From: Curvularia clavata
Lineage: Eukaryota
Length of the DNA stretch: 64,000 nt
Reading direction: 5' to 3'
NCBI GenBank assembly: GCA_023920165.1
Contig: CP089280.1
Location: forward strand, 1,116,001 to 1,180,000
Shown here: piece after piece, positions 35,807 to 49,626 of the stretch
How the letters are laid out: each line of letters starts with the position of its first letter
How positions within the stretch are numbered: position 1 is the stretch's first letter
Made by a program: the position numbers and the translations under genes
The notes under the pieces: generated by a model
The model's database searches: none
Told to the model about the DNA's origin: nothing
The model's input: the letters and a program-made list of their open reading frames with translations, nothing else

Positions 35807-36419
35807 GGGGTTGTGTGCAGTGGAAATCTAGATAGAGAAGCGAACCAGGGATGGCGGATGTGCACCCTGCTGACCCTGCCGATAATCCGAAGAATATGCA
35901 TATACTGAAGAGTAACCATAACAAAACAATAAGCCCTTCCCGAGCAGCCCAGGGATTGTGATGTTGGTGGGCGGCCCAAGGACAGCGGTCCCAAGCCGTG
36001 GCTCGGAGGCTCTCTGGCTGGGAAGTCCCTTGCCCGTTCCACACTTGACCCCCACCCACCAAAACATGGGAGCCGTCCAAACAACACAACATGTCATGAC
36101 AACAATCAGCCCCAACCGGTCATGTCCAGCCTAGCCTCCGCTCACGAGGCCGTTCGCATCCTGCACTGGTACTCTCTGTTGCCGTTTGACTGACGCTCTG
36201 GCGCATAGCTACAGCAGTAGTGCCCTTCGCGCAGCTTCCCCGCATGAGAATAAAGTGGTGCGACGACGCATAATACTTTTTTCCGGTCAGGGCGATTACG
36301 TCGGTCTTCGATTTGCGTAGTGTCAGTAAGACGTGACTTCGCTGTATGTCCACGACCTTGCGTGCTGGAGACAAGACAAGACATACACCTGTCGACACAA
36401 CCCCGAGCTCCGCCAAAGC

Positions 36420-38566
36420 ATGTCGCTCATACCTTACGGTCCATCCGAGTCGCGGCAAATCGTCCTGTAGGCCATCCTCTCTGCTGAGCGATATGGCGCA
36501 TAGTACAGCAGACTGACATTGACCCCAGGCGCCACGGCTCTGCGGTCGTCGTGTACGACCAGCAGTCGAAGCAACTGTCCCTCCGCGACGCCTCCCATAC
36601 CACAGACATTGGCTCCACATCCTGTCCGTACTGTCACCGACCCTATCGCGAACCTTCGCCACACGGCAGCGATGACAGCGATGACCATGAACACACTGCG
36701 CCAGGTGTGCCCACCGACAATGGTTTCGTCAACCCTGCGTACTTCCAGATGCTCCGCCGGAGTCAGCCCACATCGGCTGAGCCATCTCGACCGTCCTCAC
36801 CGCATAAACAACTGGCTCCTGCGCCCATGCGCGTGAATGATTTCCGCCCACCTGATGGGTCGGAATTCTTGGGGAGCACGCCGGCTCCGCCGGGAAGGAG
36901 CCAAGGCATATCCGCGCGGGCCTTTAGTCCCAATTACTTCAAGGATTTCTTCATAGAGGAGCGCGAACTGGGTCGAGGGGGGAAGGGTGTTGTGTTGTTG
37001 GTGCAACACATACTCGACGGTGTAAAGCTCGGCAAGTTTGCGTGCAAGCGCGTGCCTGTGGGCGACGATCATGAGTGGCTTGAGAAAGTGCTGGTCGAAG
37101 TCCAGCTCCTACAGACCCTGTCGCACCAGAACTTAGTATCGTACCGTCATGTGTGGCTGGAGGACTACCAGATCTCCAGCTTTGGACCAAGCGTGCCGTG
37201 CGCTTTTATTTTGCAGCAGTACTGCAATGGTGGAGACCTCCACAGCTACATTCTCGACTCGACAAAGACATCGGTAACCAAGGAGCAAATGAAGGAACGG
37301 CTTAGAAGACGGTCGAAAGGCCAGATGGAGGAGCCGGAGAATATCAAGGGGCCGCGCAAGATGCCTTTTGAAGAGATTATTTCTTTTTTCAAGGATATTA
37401 CATCAGGACTTAGCCACCTCCATACAAATGGCTATATCCACCGAGACCTGAAACCGAGCAATTGTCTGCTTCACCACACTGGCCGTAAAGTACGAGTCTT
37501 GGTCAGTGATTTCGGCGAAGTCCAATCAACGAGCACGACGCGGAACTCGACGGGTGCTACTGGCACGATTTCATATTGTGCGCCCGAAGTCTTGCGTCAG
37601 GAACGTCCAGGCGGTGCATTTGGCAACTTTACCACCAAGTCGGATATTTTCTCGCTTGGCATGATTGTTTACTTTATGTGCTTTGCACGATTGCCGTATC
37701 GAAACGCCGATGGCATAGACGAGGACAGCGAGGATCTCGATCAGCTGAGAGCGGAAATTTCTACTTGGACTGGCATAGATGATGAGCAACGCGTGCGCTC
37801 CGACTTGCCTGAAAAGCTCTACAGATCGCTCAAACGTCTTCTTGCCATCGATCCCGACAACCGTCCCGGGGCTGAGGAAATCCTACATGTGCTCAAGTCG
37901 CCGCTGGTCTTCGATGAGTACAACACGTATGCTGGCCCATCCGGGGTCGACGAGTTCAGCCCTCGCATATCCCGCGCCGACACACCCAGCCCATCCCCTA
38001 CGCAAGCGAGCAAAAAGCGCACTTCAGTCAGTTATTCCCGCCCTGGGCGGTCAAACTTGAGCGCCAGTGTCATGGATCGCTCGCCCAGTCCACCCGATAC
38101 ACAGCCGATGAAAAGAGAGGCATCTGAGGATGGAGCTGTCATTTTGAGACGGAAGTTGGGTCTCCGACCTTCAACACCCACCCAGCAAACACCTTCATCG
38201 TCACCCCCACTCATGCTGCCTCCTCCACCGCCTAACGATATCGTCTCAAGGCTGCACCGAGTATCGGGACACCCTGCTGCACTTGGTCTCACAAAAGTAG
38301 CTCTGTTCTGTGCAAAAGCCTTCAGTCTTCTTTCGCCCTGCCAGCCTTTTTCAGCCAATGCTCGCGTGCTGTACCCGTTACTCTGTCTAGCATCGATTGA
38401 CTTTCTGCACATCAGCTGGGTCGGCAGGCTCATGGGCAGAGAGTTTAGTCTGGGCGGCCTAGGCGCCTCATTGGTACTTTTACTAATCCATATAGTAGTG
38501 TTGGGAACCACGTTGAAATGGGACAGACTTTGCGAGAGAAGAGGGATGGTTTGGGACACGATCTGA
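36420..38566 (+). CDS. IKS1: IKS1-family serine/threonine protein kinase, 694 aa
   Basis: Exons 36420-36466 and 36529-38566. N-terminus MSLIPY..IVLRHGSAVVVYD, CPYCHRP, YFQML; kinase motifs LGRGGKG, ACKRVPVGD, HRDLKPSN, SDFGE, YCAPE. Confidence 0.88.
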
Positions 38567-39114
38567 GAAGTACAGAGTGGGGCGTACTTTAGTGCATACT
38601 CCAAGTATATATATATATAGGCGGCCGTTTGATTTTGAGATACCTCTACGTTACTGTTTTGATAGCTGCAGGACGGACACCCGGCGGAAAGATGCCATGG
38701 ATTTCAGTCCATAATATGAATCGACTTCACTCCACACGTATCGTGCTCCATACTATATGGTGGTTGTTCCTCATGAGTCACGTGTCGACGCGAGCAGATG
38801 ACGAAGGCACGGTTTGCGAGGGGGCTGGACGGCCAATGGGTGTTGAGTGGTTGTGGGTGGGGCCAAGATTGCGTTAGCGTTGTTTTGGTAAACACGCCCT
38901 CCCGCTTCATTCTCGACAAAGCATTGCACCTTCCACACAAACACGCGCGCCCCCAAACTCGTCTCGTTCTCTTGGGCTGGCATTCTTTGGACACTACATT
39001 GTGTCGCTTTACTAGTCTTTACCGTGCATCTCTTCTTTTCCCTAGATTCGTGTTTACGACGCGCCACGACCATCCCCAGCAACAACGCTGCCGCCGCAGC
39101 TCACCACATTGGAT

Positions 39115-42100
39115 ATGCAGTCTTCTCCGCCCACGAGCGAAGGGAAGGCGCGTGCAATCCGTGAACTCTCACGCAGCCTCAGCCACAGCCCAAGAAACAT
39201 CGAGTCGCCATCTCCACCACCATCCGACTCTAATCCCACCCAACATTTGGGGTTTGGCACAGAAACAACGGACTTTTGGGATAACCCTGACATTGTCCAC
39301 TCGACACAACAAAACCTCATTGACGACACAAACACGCTGCCCAAATTCCCCCGCATCCGCTCAACAGCTAAGAAGCAGAGCGCCTGGGCGCCTTACCGCT
39401 CGGAGCAGATTCAGCCTGACACGTCCATGGTAAACAAAGAATTCCTCGACTTCGACCACAGCATATCCGACGAGGAAAGCATGGCCATCGAGCAACCGCG
39501 TGGTGGTAACCGCAGCAACCGCGGTACCCCGAGCAAAATCAGTTCTCAGTTCAACAGCCTCTACGATGTAACACCCCTGACGAACCGATCACGCAAATCA
39601 CATATGGCAGACACGAGCAGCCTCCGACGCGACGCGGCTATCCGACGCGCCTCCCGCAACGACCTCGACGTGGCGTCGCCACGACCTTCCAGCAAGCGCA
39701 ACTCACCAGCTGTGGCTAAAGAGGAACGCAAGCGTAATTCTCTTGCACAGCTACACGCAAAGCTCTCAGAAGACGAGTCATCCTTCATGGACCAGCGACC
39801 CCCAACAGTAACCATGGACTCAACCAAGAACTCGCGTTGGGGCAACCGTACCCGGCTGACGTCGCTCCAGACCGACGGCAACACCGATCTTTTGCAGAAC
39901 AAAGGAACACCTCGTTCAAGGCAAAACACAACACAGAACGCGACTGGACAGTCGTTTATCCTTCCAGATCTTCCTAACCTCACCGAGCTGGTCTCTGGTG
40001 TTTTTGACGACGGCACCCCAGTCTTCTCCAAGACCACGACTTCACGATCACGCTTTTCTGCTCCACCAAACGGTGGTCGCCGGCCATCATATTTGCCCGT
40101 GGAAGGTGCTCCGATCCCTAATGAGGAGAAGGCTATCTTTTCCGCACTTCAGCAATTGCAGGAGAAGCTTGCAGAGATGGAGCACGAGCGTGCAGAGCAA
40201 GAGAAGAAGATTGAAGAACAAGATCTCGAGTTGATTGAGCTGCGAGCCACACAGCAAGCCCAAGAAAAGCTGCGTCGAAGTGATAGTGCCCAAGATTCCG
40301 ATGCTGGAAAAAGTAGCTGGAAGGTGGAAAAGACGCGTAAGTTGACGCGGTGCCTCAGGATTTGGATTGAAATTGACCTTGCTTGTTTTAGGACTTGACG
40401 CCACAGTGCAGACTCTGCGAACAAGAATTGACCGCGCCGACCGAAAAGTTGCCGTTCTAGAAATCGAGAAGAAGAGGTTGAACACAGAGAAGGAGAGCAT
40501 GGCGAACCAGCTGGGGATTGCGTTCCAGACTTGTGAAGAGCTCAAGAATGAAAAAAGGGCTTTGAGCGAAGAGAACGAGGAGCTTCGCCAGGAAGTAGAG
40601 AGGCTTCGGGCAGAAAACGAGGATCTCCGAGACCAGCTGGATCACGACCAGTCCCAGCACCGAGAAGAGACTACCCAGCTCCGACGACAATTTGACCAAG
40701 CTGCCAACGCAACCGAGAAGGAAAACGCTAACCTCCACGCTGAACTGGCTCGCATCCGCGCTCAGAAAGACGAGAACACGCAGCAACTTAACCGCAAGGA
40801 TGCAGAATTACGGCGAGTACGCCAAGAGCAATCTGAACTTGCTCGCCTGAAGTCGGACCACGATTCACTCAGGGCTCAGCTCGCAGATCTCAAGGCTAAG
40901 CGGGAAGAAGACGCTAAGCGCTGGGCTCGTATGGAGGCTACTTTGCGCAGCCAAGTTGACCGACGTGACGAGACGATCCGACACTTCCAAGATACCACCC
41001 AAGAGCAAACAACTGAGGCCATGCGTCTGGACAATGAGAATCTCCGCATTGAGCTCCAGGAGCTTCAGGCCCAGCAGGACGAAGAATACGAACAGTGGGC
41101 AAGGAGGGAGGCAGAGCTACAACGCAAGATTCAGTCCCGTGAAAAGGTTCTCCGAAGGACCCGGGACCTGAACGACGAGCATTTCGATGAGACCACTGGT
41201 CCTACCTCGAGGAGTACGCTGCAAAGGAGGCCCAGCTATCGCCGAGAAGACACACGCACGCGCATCAAGAACCGCGTTCAAGAAGAAGTCCGCAACAGCA
41301 GGATTGCGACCGAATCCCAGCAGGAAGGTCCACGAAAATCATTCACTTCACACTCAAGGTTCTCAACGCGAAGCTTCTCTGCGCCCAATCCTACCGATAA
41401 GCATGCTCGTGCGGAAAGCGAGGTCGAGTCGACGACCGATTTGTCTCTAGCACCTCGTGCGTCTCTTCGCATCTCGCGAAGTGCTCACTCTGCTGGGCCA
41501 TCGTCAGTTATTCAGCCTCCTGCGGACCTCGATCTAACCGAGTTGAGCTACATCGACAAAGACCAGATCGCTCAACTTCGCCGTCGCCTCGAGGAAGAGC
41601 GGATCGCCAAGCGTGAATCTGGTTTGACAGAAGTTCCAACTCGTGAGGATACCGTCGCCTCCCAGCGCCAGACTCGCGAAGACACTGTTCGATCAGTAGC
41701 TTCAGCTAAGAGTGAACGTCGTCCGTCTCTGGTTCGCAAATCGTCGCTCAAGGATACCACGCAACGCACCAATAACACACAGTTTGAGGAAGACACTGGT
41801 AACTTTTCCAATCTGGATGCGGATGGCGAGGCTACACAGACGAAACAGTCTGCTTTCGACGCTTCTATGGCCAGCAATACGAGCCGAAGGCGCCGCAGTG
41901 CTGCTACTGAAATGACGTCAGCTTTCATTGTTCCCGACATCAAGCTCAGTGCATCGAAACAGCCTACTACGACTGTCAACACACAACGACCACTTCCCAA
42001 GGAGCACGACAATGACAACTGCACTTATTGCCGCCGCGAAGGATACACCACTACTACCGACGCTCTCCGTGTGCCCAGGCTTGTTCCGGCGTCTATCCGC

Positions 42101-42646
42101 GCTGCAGATGATGTAGATGCTACTCTTCGCCCTGCACAATCACCAAAGGAGGCTCTTGCACTTGTGGTCAAGTCAATGAACGATGAGCGGATTCATCTGC
42201 TCGCCGAGCTAGCCGTCCAGCGCGCCTTGCTGGAACAGCACGACCCCAGTCTCGGACAGCGCAAGCGCATCGCAATCAACGACGCCATCCAGGACCTTCT
42301 CCGCCGCATCGACTACCTAGACAAGCAGATCTATCGCCTCCACGATGTCCTCGAGGGCCAACAGGCCGACGACCTTACGCAACAAGACGTGGAGGAGCTC
42401 ACTGGCCAGATCCGTTTCGAGGACGAGAAGACAGGCCACAGTGAGAAGAAGGCGAAGAAAGTTACCATTCGCAGCTTTGTCGACGAAGACGAGAGCGTAG
42501 AAATTGGTAGGAGTCGCGCATCCAAGAAAAACCGTGTTCATGAGGAAGAGGACGATGACGAGACACATGAGTTGCCATGGGAAGGGTTCGCCAGTGACTC
42601 GGGACCTGAGGGTGATGCTAGCTTTTCGGCCATGGCGTTTGCGTAG
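39115..42646 (+). CDS. Ppc89/Cep57-like spindle pole body coiled-coil protein, 1158 aa
   Basis: Exons 39115-40336 and 40392-42646. QSFILPDLPNLTELVSG segment, long heptad coiled coil, EMTSAFIVPDI, and a C-terminal DATLRPAQSPKEALA..LHDVLEGQ region resembling the Cep57 microtubule-binding domain. Confidence 0.75.
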
Positions 42647-43181
42647 GTTCGATCTGCCAGTTGCTGTCTTCTTATGTCTTGGAAAAAAGATGTCTCAGAT
42701 ATTATTCTGATTAGGGATTGAAAACAAGGCGCTTTTTGGAGTCATTGTTACATATGGGTGTTCGGGATCACACAATTGGGATTGGGTCACTTTTGCATTT
42801 GAACAGGAATGGGGGGTTTATTGGCGTTGGCGTTTTTTTCTCTCTCTATCCCTCCATTGTTTTGGCCTTGGAGCCAGTGGGAGTCTTTTTCTTTTCTATG
42901 TCTTGTTTACCCAGTCTTTTCTCTCTCTCAGCGTGTCAAGCTTGCACAGCGTGCTCGCCTTCTTTCAGCCCGCTTACCCTTTTTCCCTATCTCCTTATCC
43001 TCTCCTTTTGCCTTGTTTTTTCGTCTCTCTAGGTGGCTTTGAGACGCCTCGACTCACTGCTGTCACTGCCGCCTTTTGGTGGCGGTGATGGTGGTTAGAG
43101 TTGGTGTCTCGGCGCCTGAGAAGTGAAGAGAAGGGAAGGAGGGTTGAAAAGGAATAGAGAGGGGGCAGCGAGGAAGATGGA

Positions 43182-43201
43182 TAGTGTAGTGTAGTGTAGT
43201 G
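43182..43201 (+). repeat. (TAGTG)4 pentanucleotide repeat
   Basis: TAGTGTAGTGTAGTGTAGTG within a low-complexity intergenic/3' region. Confidence 0.85.
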
Positions 43202-46200
43202 CAGCCGGCTGTTGAGTAAGTGAAGACGAAGCAAGATGAAATGTATACTATGTCTGCATTCTGAACACTTGTGCCTCGTCTCTGTATTGTCTGCTGTCTC
43301 TTGCATACATCCCTATCTACTTACCCACCTGGCTTCCGTGTCCTCGATGGTGACCAGGATCAACGTAGCAATCTGAGCCATGTCGCTGCCCGACGTCCCG
43401 AGACTGACTCACTGTATTTCAATAGTTTGTGTGCTATCGATCGTAGAGAGAACATGCATGGTGGTGCCATGCTGTCATGCAGCGCGGTGTAATGTCGGCC
43501 TACAACAGCATTTCGTGTACGCATCGCCTTTTGTGTTATTCTGCAGAGTGCATTGCGCTTTGAGTGTAACTTGTACCATGTATCTGTTGCTGAGCGTGTT
43601 TTCGTTGACTAAGGGCTAGAATACATCCTTTTTGTCAACATGAACGCAATCCGTATCAACATCCTTCCTCTGCATTATCGCTTCTACTACATCCACCTGA
43701 TAAGAACTACATGTGACACTCCCGCGATGCGCTGGTACTGCATTTCCGGGCCTTCTCCTAAAAAAAAGCGGCCGAAAGTCACACCAAATCTCTAACCCGC
43801 GTGCCGATTGTCTCACGTTTCCCAGATCGTGGCGTCCTGTCCTGCTGACACATGACTTCTTCCTTATCAAGGACATGCCCACCGCGATCAAGTGAAAACT
43901 TGCATTGCTGGAACAAAATGTGGCAAAGGACGTACACGTATACATGCAAATTGGAGTCGCGTGTGTGTGATGTTGAGGCCCTTGAGAACCAATCGGATCA
44001 AAAGGTCAACGGAAGCCGCACGAACTCGACGTGTTTGAGGTTTCCTTCGCTTCGAGGTAGGTGGGGCGAGACGAGAGTGGCGACTATCCCGCATCCCGAG
44101 AGGGAAGTTGGGCGGGAATGCGGTGTTCTTGACGGGCCATCGCGTTTGTCTATCCCGGGTTGTCGGGCGCAGGGCGACGAACCGACGGATAGTTATCGAA
44201 AGCTCCTGTTGGTTTATCGGACATCGTCGCTAGATGTATGTATGACACTCAGATCACAAGCGGGCCAGTACGCTCCGGGGCTGTTGGCGATTCGTTCGTG
44301 AGGATCAGATGCAGTCCGCGTGAGCATGTCTTGACATTGCATTGACGAGGCCATTGCATGTTGGGAGGCAAACATGGGCGTTTTCCGAGGTGCCTAGCGT
44401 ATGTAGGTATGTAGCTGATGCAGCTCTAAGATTTTCCTATTGATAATAACGTTGCAAGAGGGCCGGTTAGTGCATGTGGGGTTGAGTGTACCGCTGAAGT
44501 TGACATGGTCGTATGCCTGTTTATGGAAAACGTATCCAGGTAGTGTAGCAAGCGTCTTTTAGAAAGTGATGTTGTGTAGTTTCAAGTTTCGATAAACATG
44601 ATATGCGGTGTTTTGTGCTATAGTGTGGTGTTGAGGATGTTGCACTTTGTGGGTCCTGGATCCTTATCGCTTTCGGGCCCAGGGCAGTTGGACTGCCGTT
44701 ACGACATAGCCATCCGACTAAGATAGAAAATTCTTTTGCTCAATGACCCTGATCGTTTTGGGATATCTTCTAGGGCCTGGTTGTTGAACAACAGGAATAA
44801 GCAAAGGAGAGAGGCGGTCACACCCCTTCGATAGAGACTCACTGCAGGCGAAACAATCACATCTAGACACGACAGATGCGGTCCAAAGCCCCCTGCATAC
44901 TTCTTGGCAACAAACCCTGTGACAAAAGAAATGATGCACGGTTGATCGCATCAATTCGGTAAGTGCTGTCCAGAGTGCGACCAGAAGATAAGGGAGACAA
45001 GAAGCGCCAAGACCCGGCTGCTGCGAGGCGGAAAGCATAAAGAAGTTAGATGGGAATGCCCAGGGTATTATACGCAACCATCGATGCGGTATGTGTGCAC
45101 GTGGTAGTATTCGGCACTCATGATCGACTCTTCGACATGAAATTGTCAGAGAGCCGCACCGGTCTGTCGTTGGTGAGGCAGGGGGTTATCGGCAGCTAGC
45201 ATGAGCAAATGGTCTTGATTTGCCAACACCACACAGTAGGTCGCTTGTTCTAGCTAGTCAGATGCAGAAGAGTGACAATGGTAGTGGAGGCTATAAACTC
45301 TCCCCGGACTGCATGGCGTTCCTGTAGTTAGCCGGCTCAAGTAGGACCAGGTACTTGCAGGAATCCTCACTGCTCGCGTGCCCTTCATGTGGACCAGGCC
45401 AACGCGACGTCCCGAAGAGTGCATCGGGAGCGTGAGGGAGGCGTTTGGAGCAGCTGGGGGCTGTAGACCGGACGTGCCAGAGAAAACCAGGGTCGTCAGT
45501 GATGAACGAATGGGCGAGCAGGCCGGAGCATTGGCGCGCCAAGGTGACCCAACGTCAAGTCGCTTCCAGACTCTGGATGGGACTGCCCATATGCTCACAG
45601 TCCAAGTTTCTGCCATACCCTTGACCTCCCGTAAGGCACTGGAGGAGATCGACTAGCTCCGTCGTAGCCCTGCATGCGGATCCTGGTATACTGATCGTGT
45701 CAATCTCAACGTCTGTCGATGAGACCTCTCGATGCATGCCAGTTCCAATAGGGAAGCACAATCGCCAGGCATGTGCGCACACACACGGTTTCACTTCTTG
45801 CTGAAATCCGGTGGCGGAGAGTCCGGTAAGCTCTGACATGCAGCAATATGGACGGGTGATGCGCGGCCTGGTGAGGATTTCATCTTTCAAATTTGTAGCG
45901 GCACACAATGGCATCGCCAGCACAGACGGAACAGCCCTGCAGATCACATGGGAATCTCGCGGAGGAAGAGATGGAACAGGTCTCGTCCGGGCCTTTTTGG
46001 GGCGAGGGTTGAAGCGGTGAGGTGGCCGTAGCCCAGGGCCGCAACGGTGAAGTTGCCATGGCTGCAAGCAGACTAGCCCGATTTGTCACATTCAGCGTGG
46101 ATTGCGTCGGATTGCGTGACCAGAGCCAGTGCAAGTCACCACCCGCTTTTTTTGTACAAATTGCATCAGGCCTATGCCTTCCCCGCATAATACACGGTGC

Positions 46201-46386
46201 GCTCGCTCAGCCCTCGCCGCCTAGTCCGGGGCGTCGGCGTGCTCTCAGCTACTATAAAGCACCCTCGGCCCTCGCCCTTAGACAGACTGACCTGGACCTC
46301 TCTCCAGCTAAACCCTCTTGCTTGCCCACCTCCGTATTCAAGACAAGAGACTAAAAATTCTTTACATATAAATCTGCCACAAAAAT

Positions 46387-48331
46387 ATGGCTCCTAGTCT
46401 CTTGCTACCGGAGTCGCCTCCTTCTTCATACACTCATCCTGCTAAGCAGACACTTAGAGAGGCACACGGTCCAGTTGGCGGCGACGTTTCCTTTACTCCT
46501 GCTTCTGGCACAAATGTCAATGGCAATGGTCACATCAATGGTTCCAATGGCTTTTCCGCAGGCAATGGGTTGTCGAGTGGTCAGCAAGGTGGCCAGGATT
46601 TCCTTTCTGCTCAAACTCTACGTCAACAGTCTCAAAGCTATGCATCTCAGAGCCCTCGCGTCGGAGGCCAGAGGCGGCCAAATATCTTGTATATTATGGC
46701 CGATCAGATGGCTGCTCCGATGCTAAAGTTCAATGACCCAGACTCAGTTATCAAGACACCTCACCTGGACGAGCTTGCTCGGACTGGTGTCAACTTCTCA
46801 AGCGCTTACTGCAATTCACCTTTGTGTGCGCCTTCTAGGTTCACCATGTGTACTGGCCAGCTCCCCTCCAAGATTGGTGGATACGACAATGCTTCCATTC
46901 TAGGTCCAGAGGTCCCTACATACGCCCACTACCTTCGCCGAGAGGGCTATGAGACTGCACTGGCTGGCAAGATGCATTTCATTGGACCCGACCAACTGCA
47001 TGGGTTTGAACACCGACTCACCACGGACATCTATCCTGGAGATCTTGGCTGGTCGGTCAATTGGGACAAGCCCGAGGAGCGTCAAGAGTGGTACCACAAC
47101 ATGTCGTCGGTCATGCAGGCTGGCCCCTGTGTGCGCTCCAACCAGCTCGACTATGACGAGGATGTGATGCACAAGGTCAGTTATATCCCCGTGGAACAAA
47201 TACAGTGTACCATGTAGAGGAAAAACCAGCCCTGCTAACACGCCCACACAGGCCCAACAGTACCTGTACGACTACGTGCGATCAGATCCCGAGACTCGTC
47301 GACCGTTTGCTTTGACCATCTCTCTGACCCATCCACATGATCCCTATACTATGATCCAGGAATACTGGGACAGATACGAGGGCGTGGATATTCCGCTGCC
47401 CAAGGTTGAGATTGCTCAGGCCGATCAAGACACGCACTCGCAGCGACTCCTCAAGACTATCGACCTGTGGGACAACCCAGTCCCAGACGAGGCCAAGATC
47501 CGTGCTCGCCGTGCATACTTTGCTGCATGCAGCTTTGTCGACGACCAGGTTGGTAAGCTTGTCAAGCTGCTGAAAAACTGCAAGCTAGACAAAGACACCA
47601 TCGTTGTCTTCTCCGGAGACCACGGAGACATGCTGGGTGAGAGGAGCCTGTGGTACAAGATGAGTTGGTACGAGAACAGCGCCAGAGTACCCATGATCAT
47701 CAACGGACCCAACATTGCGCCCAAGACGGTTCAAGAGTCAGTGTCTACAATGGACCTGTTGCCAACCTTTGTCGATATGGCTGGAGCCAAGATTGATGAG
47801 CGTCTACCGCTTGACGGTGTTAGTCTCTATGAGTACCTGGTTTCTGACAAACCGGGCAAAGACGAAGTCTTTGGTGAATACATGGGCGAAGGCACTGTCA
47901 CTCCAACCTACATGATCCGCCGCCATCAGTGGAAGTTTACCTTTTCTCTCGCCGATGGTCCGCAACTCTACAACCTCGAAGAAGACCCTCAAGAACTCCG
48001 TGACCTTGCCAAATCGACAGAGCCTCACAACCAAAAGGTGCTGGCCAAGTTCGAGACCGAGGCTCGCGAGAAGTGGGACTTTACAAAGATCCACAACGAC
48101 GTTCTCCTCAGCCAGCGCATGCGTCAGCTTGCTTGCACTGCGCTAAAGATTGGTCGCAAGGAGTCGTGGGACTATGAGCCTCCATCCCACGACAAGGACC
48201 GCTTCATCCGCTCTCACATTCCGCTCGATGAGCTGGAGCGCCGAGCTCGCTTCCCAGTTGTGGACCATCTAGGCCGCGAGAAGTCAGCTGTCGCGACCCA
48301 TCACGGCGCTGCAGGCGCGGCTGGTGAGTAG
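46387..48331 (+). CDS. Choline sulfatase (BetC-like), 622 aa
   Basis: Exons 46387-47175 and 47252-48331. Motifs RPNILYIMADQ, formylglycine site CAPSR, AGKMHFIGPDQLHGFE, SLTHPHDPY, GDHGDMLGERSLWYKM. Confidence 0.93.
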
Positions 48332-48942
48332 GCACATGCCTTTTCAGACACGATTTTCCTTCTTTCTTTCGCATTTTCTACTTGGGTGTAAAACAGGGCC
48401 GGTTTCCTTGCAATTTAGCGATGGGCAGCATTAGTATTTCATGGCGCATGGCGGGCATGCTGGGTCTGGTGTTGTCTTTATTTATGATGGTCAGATTGAA
48501 ACAGAGTCCCGGAATGCATGATGTATTCAAATGAATGAGGATACAGGCGGTATGCATAGACGAACAATAGTATGGCTGCGAATTGCAAGCACTTGAAAAC
48601 AGCTGTGCCCCTGCTAGATATGTGACAAGTCGGTGAAATTAGATATGGTTGGCATGCCGAAGCAACGGCGAGTGTGTGCAGACGAAAGAGGAGGCGTGGA
48701 AGCGGGTCCCGCAACTGGTGCTCGCACGTGAGGTGGCGTTTGCCTCCACAATCGGGGGAACTAGCTGTGGAAGGTGCCAGCGACAAGTGCCCGACACTGC
48801 AACCATCGGTGCAACACAACAACGCCAATAGCAACAGCACAGAGTGAACACCAACCCCCCAAAGCCTTCTTAACCCCCTCACTTCTGTTTCCGCCTTACG
48901 TATCCTCCTTGATCCACACTCGGCCTGTTTGCATCCGTCATC

Positions 48943-49626
48943 ATGTCTACAGCAGCCCGCCGCCGCTTGATGCGCGACTTTAAGGTGCGTACCACTAACC
49001 CCCCTCTCCAAGGGCTGCTGGGAGCTCACACGACTCCTGGCTATGCATGGCACTTTGGACTGACAGAACGGAACAGCGCATGCAAACTGATCCTCCGGCC
49101 GGTGTATCTGCATCTCCGGTTGCTGATAATGTAATGACCTGGTACGGCTCACCGCAAACATTGAGCACACGACATGATGCTGTGCCCTTGGAGATACTTT
49201 GCCACTGACAGAATGCCAGGAACGCAGTCATAATAGGCCCTGCCGATACGCCTTTTGAAGATGGAACGTTCCGCCTGGTCATGCACTTCGAGGAAGCCTA
49301 TCCCAACAAGCCGCCTGGTGTCAAGTTCATTAGCCAGATGTTCCACCCCAACGTATACGGAACTGGGGAGCTGTGCTTGGACATTCTGCAGAACCGGTGG
49401 TCACCCACGTACGATGTTGCGGCCATCTTGACGAGTATTCAAAGGCAAGTTTGCACTGCAGTCGCCATGACATTGGAGCACAAGTACTGACAATCGGCTC
49501 AGTCTGCTAAATGACCCAAACACATCGTCACCAGCCAACGTCGAAGCGTCAAACCTGTACAAAGAGAACCGCAAGGAATACACTAAGCGCGTGCGCGAAA
49601 CGGTAGAGAAGAGCTGGGAAGACTAG
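48943..49626 (+). CDS. RAD6: Ubiquitin-conjugating enzyme E2 Rad6/Ubc2, 151 aa
   Basis: Exons 48943-48984, 49077-49141, 49220-49444, 49503-49626 (third intron GC-AG). [55 protein letters not shown]. Confidence 0.96.

Noticed and set aside
42647..46386. Cys-3/MetR sites (ATGRYRYCAT) upstream of choline sulfatase, and ORFs in this spacer
   Set aside because: Only imperfect matches seen; the ORFs are short or low-complexity with no family signal.
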